Notes under the pieces: generated by a model
Told to the model about the DNA's origin: nothing
Database searches by the model: none
What the model saw: the letters and a program-made list of their open reading frames with translations, nothing else
Part shown: positions 48,210 through 49,219 of the stretch, one piece after another
Layout: each line of letters begins with the position of its first letter
How positions within the stretch are numbered: the stretch's first letter is position 1
Program-made: the position numbers and the translations under genes
DNA from: an uncultured Fibrobacterota bacterium
Lineage (GTDB): Bacteria > Fibrobacterota > Chitinivibrionia > Chitinivibrionales > FEN-1185
DNA: 49,219 nucleotides
Reading direction: 5' to 3'
NCBI GenBank assembly: GCA_963729895.1
Contig: CAVSQB010000017.1
Coordinates: 1 to 49,219, forward strand

Positions 48210-48469
48210 TTAGGGAGAGGGAGGGGTGAGGGCTTCTTATGATTTTCGCAAATAAACTCCCTTTGGGGTCACCCGGCACAGCTATCCCAAAGCACTTATT
48301 TATTGTGATTCCGCCTCAGCCAACCGGATGCACGTACCGTGATACTTGGCACGGGCGCGCTGTGTGACCAAAAATGACAACCGTGTGCCACGAATCGCCC
48401 TGCTTCGCCCGCGTCCCTCATCAACAACACCTTTTCCGATTGTTCCGGCATGTGATAAATGGTAAATTT

Positions 48470-48787
48470 ATGAACATGCCCCGCAATGCCATGGAGATAC
48501 TAAAATCCGCCGTGTCGCGGATTCCCAATGTGGAGAAGTGCGTTCTTTTTGGCTCTCGCGCGCGTGGAGATGGCGATGCAAAGAGCGACTGGGACATTCT
48601 TGTCGTTGTCCGTAACTCGATATCTTTTGACGAAAAATTTGAAATAGAGATGCAGATACGAAGTGCGGTTGCAGGCCAGGTTATCCCGGTTGACATAATG
48701 GTCGTATCGTCCGAGGAAGCGGCGACTTTTCGTGAATTTCCCGGATCGGTTGTCAGGCATGCGCTCAAAGAAGGTGTTTTGCTGTGA
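48470..48787 (+). CDS. minimal nucleotidyltransferase (MNT antitoxin)
   Basis: LFGSRARGD....SDWDILVV, PVDI.V, AL.EGV.L. The exact start is uncertain. Confidence 0.88.
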   Translation: MNMPRNAMEILKSAVSRIPNVEKCVLFGSRARGDGDAKSDWDILVVVRNSISFDEKFEIEMQIRSAVAGQVIPVDIMVVSSEEAATFREFPGSVVRHALKEGVLL

Positions 48788-48970
48788 TAACGCTCGAAGA
48801 ATACATCCGGCAGTGGTCATCAAGGCAGAACACGACCTTGCCATAGCGCAACATGAAAGAGCTTATAAAGGTGAGGAAATAATTACTGACGGAATTAGCT
48901 TTCACTGTCAGCAAGCTGTGGAAAAGTACCTCAAAGCGTTTCTTGTGTACTCTGGTGTGGATTTCCCTAA
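48784..48970 (+). pseudogene. HEPN-domain protein, frameshifted and IS-interrupted
   Basis: GTGA overlap with MNT. MITLEEYIRQW, then a frame change to IKAEHDLAIA...FHCQQAVEKYLKAFL. Cut by IS5 at 48971. Confidence 0.85.
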
Positions 48971-49219
48971 CAGGGTGTTGAAAAAGTCTCCCTTTTGTAA
49001 ACATTTATCCTTATATTATAGGGGAACCCCAACCAAGGAGTATTGATGAGAGGTTCCCAGCCAGCCCAAGGCGGTATGTTCAGCTTCGTTTCTCCGGATT
49101 CCCGAGTGCCGGCAACGCACCCGCTTCGTCGTGTCAAACAGTTTACGGACATAGCGCTGCGCCGCCTTTCTCGTGACTTTGAGGCGATGTACAGCCGGAT
49201 GGGACGCCCTTCGATACCG
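48971..49219 (+). mobile_element. IS5-family insertion sequence, copy 3 (runs off window; transposase from 49046)
   Basis: Identical to the left end of copy 1; preceded by target CTAA. Confidence 0.93.

Larger units (their letters stand above)
46465..48330 (-). mobile_element. non-autonomous TIR-bounded element, copy 2 (inverted), interrupted by IS5
   Basis: 46465-46897 is the reverse complement of 39184-39616. Homology resumes after the IS at 48214-48290 with more mismatches. Confidence 0.7.

Overview
GC-rich bacterial chromosome segment, probably Fibrobacterota (Chitinivibrionia-like). This is inferred from a TIGR02147-family gene, a short Bacteroidetes-type sigma70 and five secreted proteins with T9SS-CTD/FlgD-like tails. 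The left third is a secreted polysaccharide- and protein-degradation cluster: GH26, a putative GH, S8 protease, bacterial expansin and GH30. A scrambled accessory patch follows at 14.5-21 kb, with SDR fragments, an IS3, an IS1182 inserted in an attC-like hairpin, AbiEi plus truncated AbiEii, and an IS407-type IS3. The rest is mostly housekeeping: K+-independent H+-PPase, folD, a stand-alone mraY, sigma70, dapF, RRM, lptE and DnaQ-DinG. It also holds a VIT-vWA/LamG island and a decayed MNT-HEPN pair. Three near-identical IS5 copies (target CTAR) show recent activity. The least explained signal is non-coding and has two parts. (i) A family of elements with ~23-bp imperfect terminal inverted repeats and variable cargo; two copies are identical over 433 bp and flank the sigma70-dinG block in inverted orientation. 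(ii) Within and beside them, a multi-hairpin element in three copies, with compensatory stem changes, GNA triloops, tandem G-A pairs and nested REP-like insertions. No rRNA, tRNA, CRISPR array or integron integrase was recognised.
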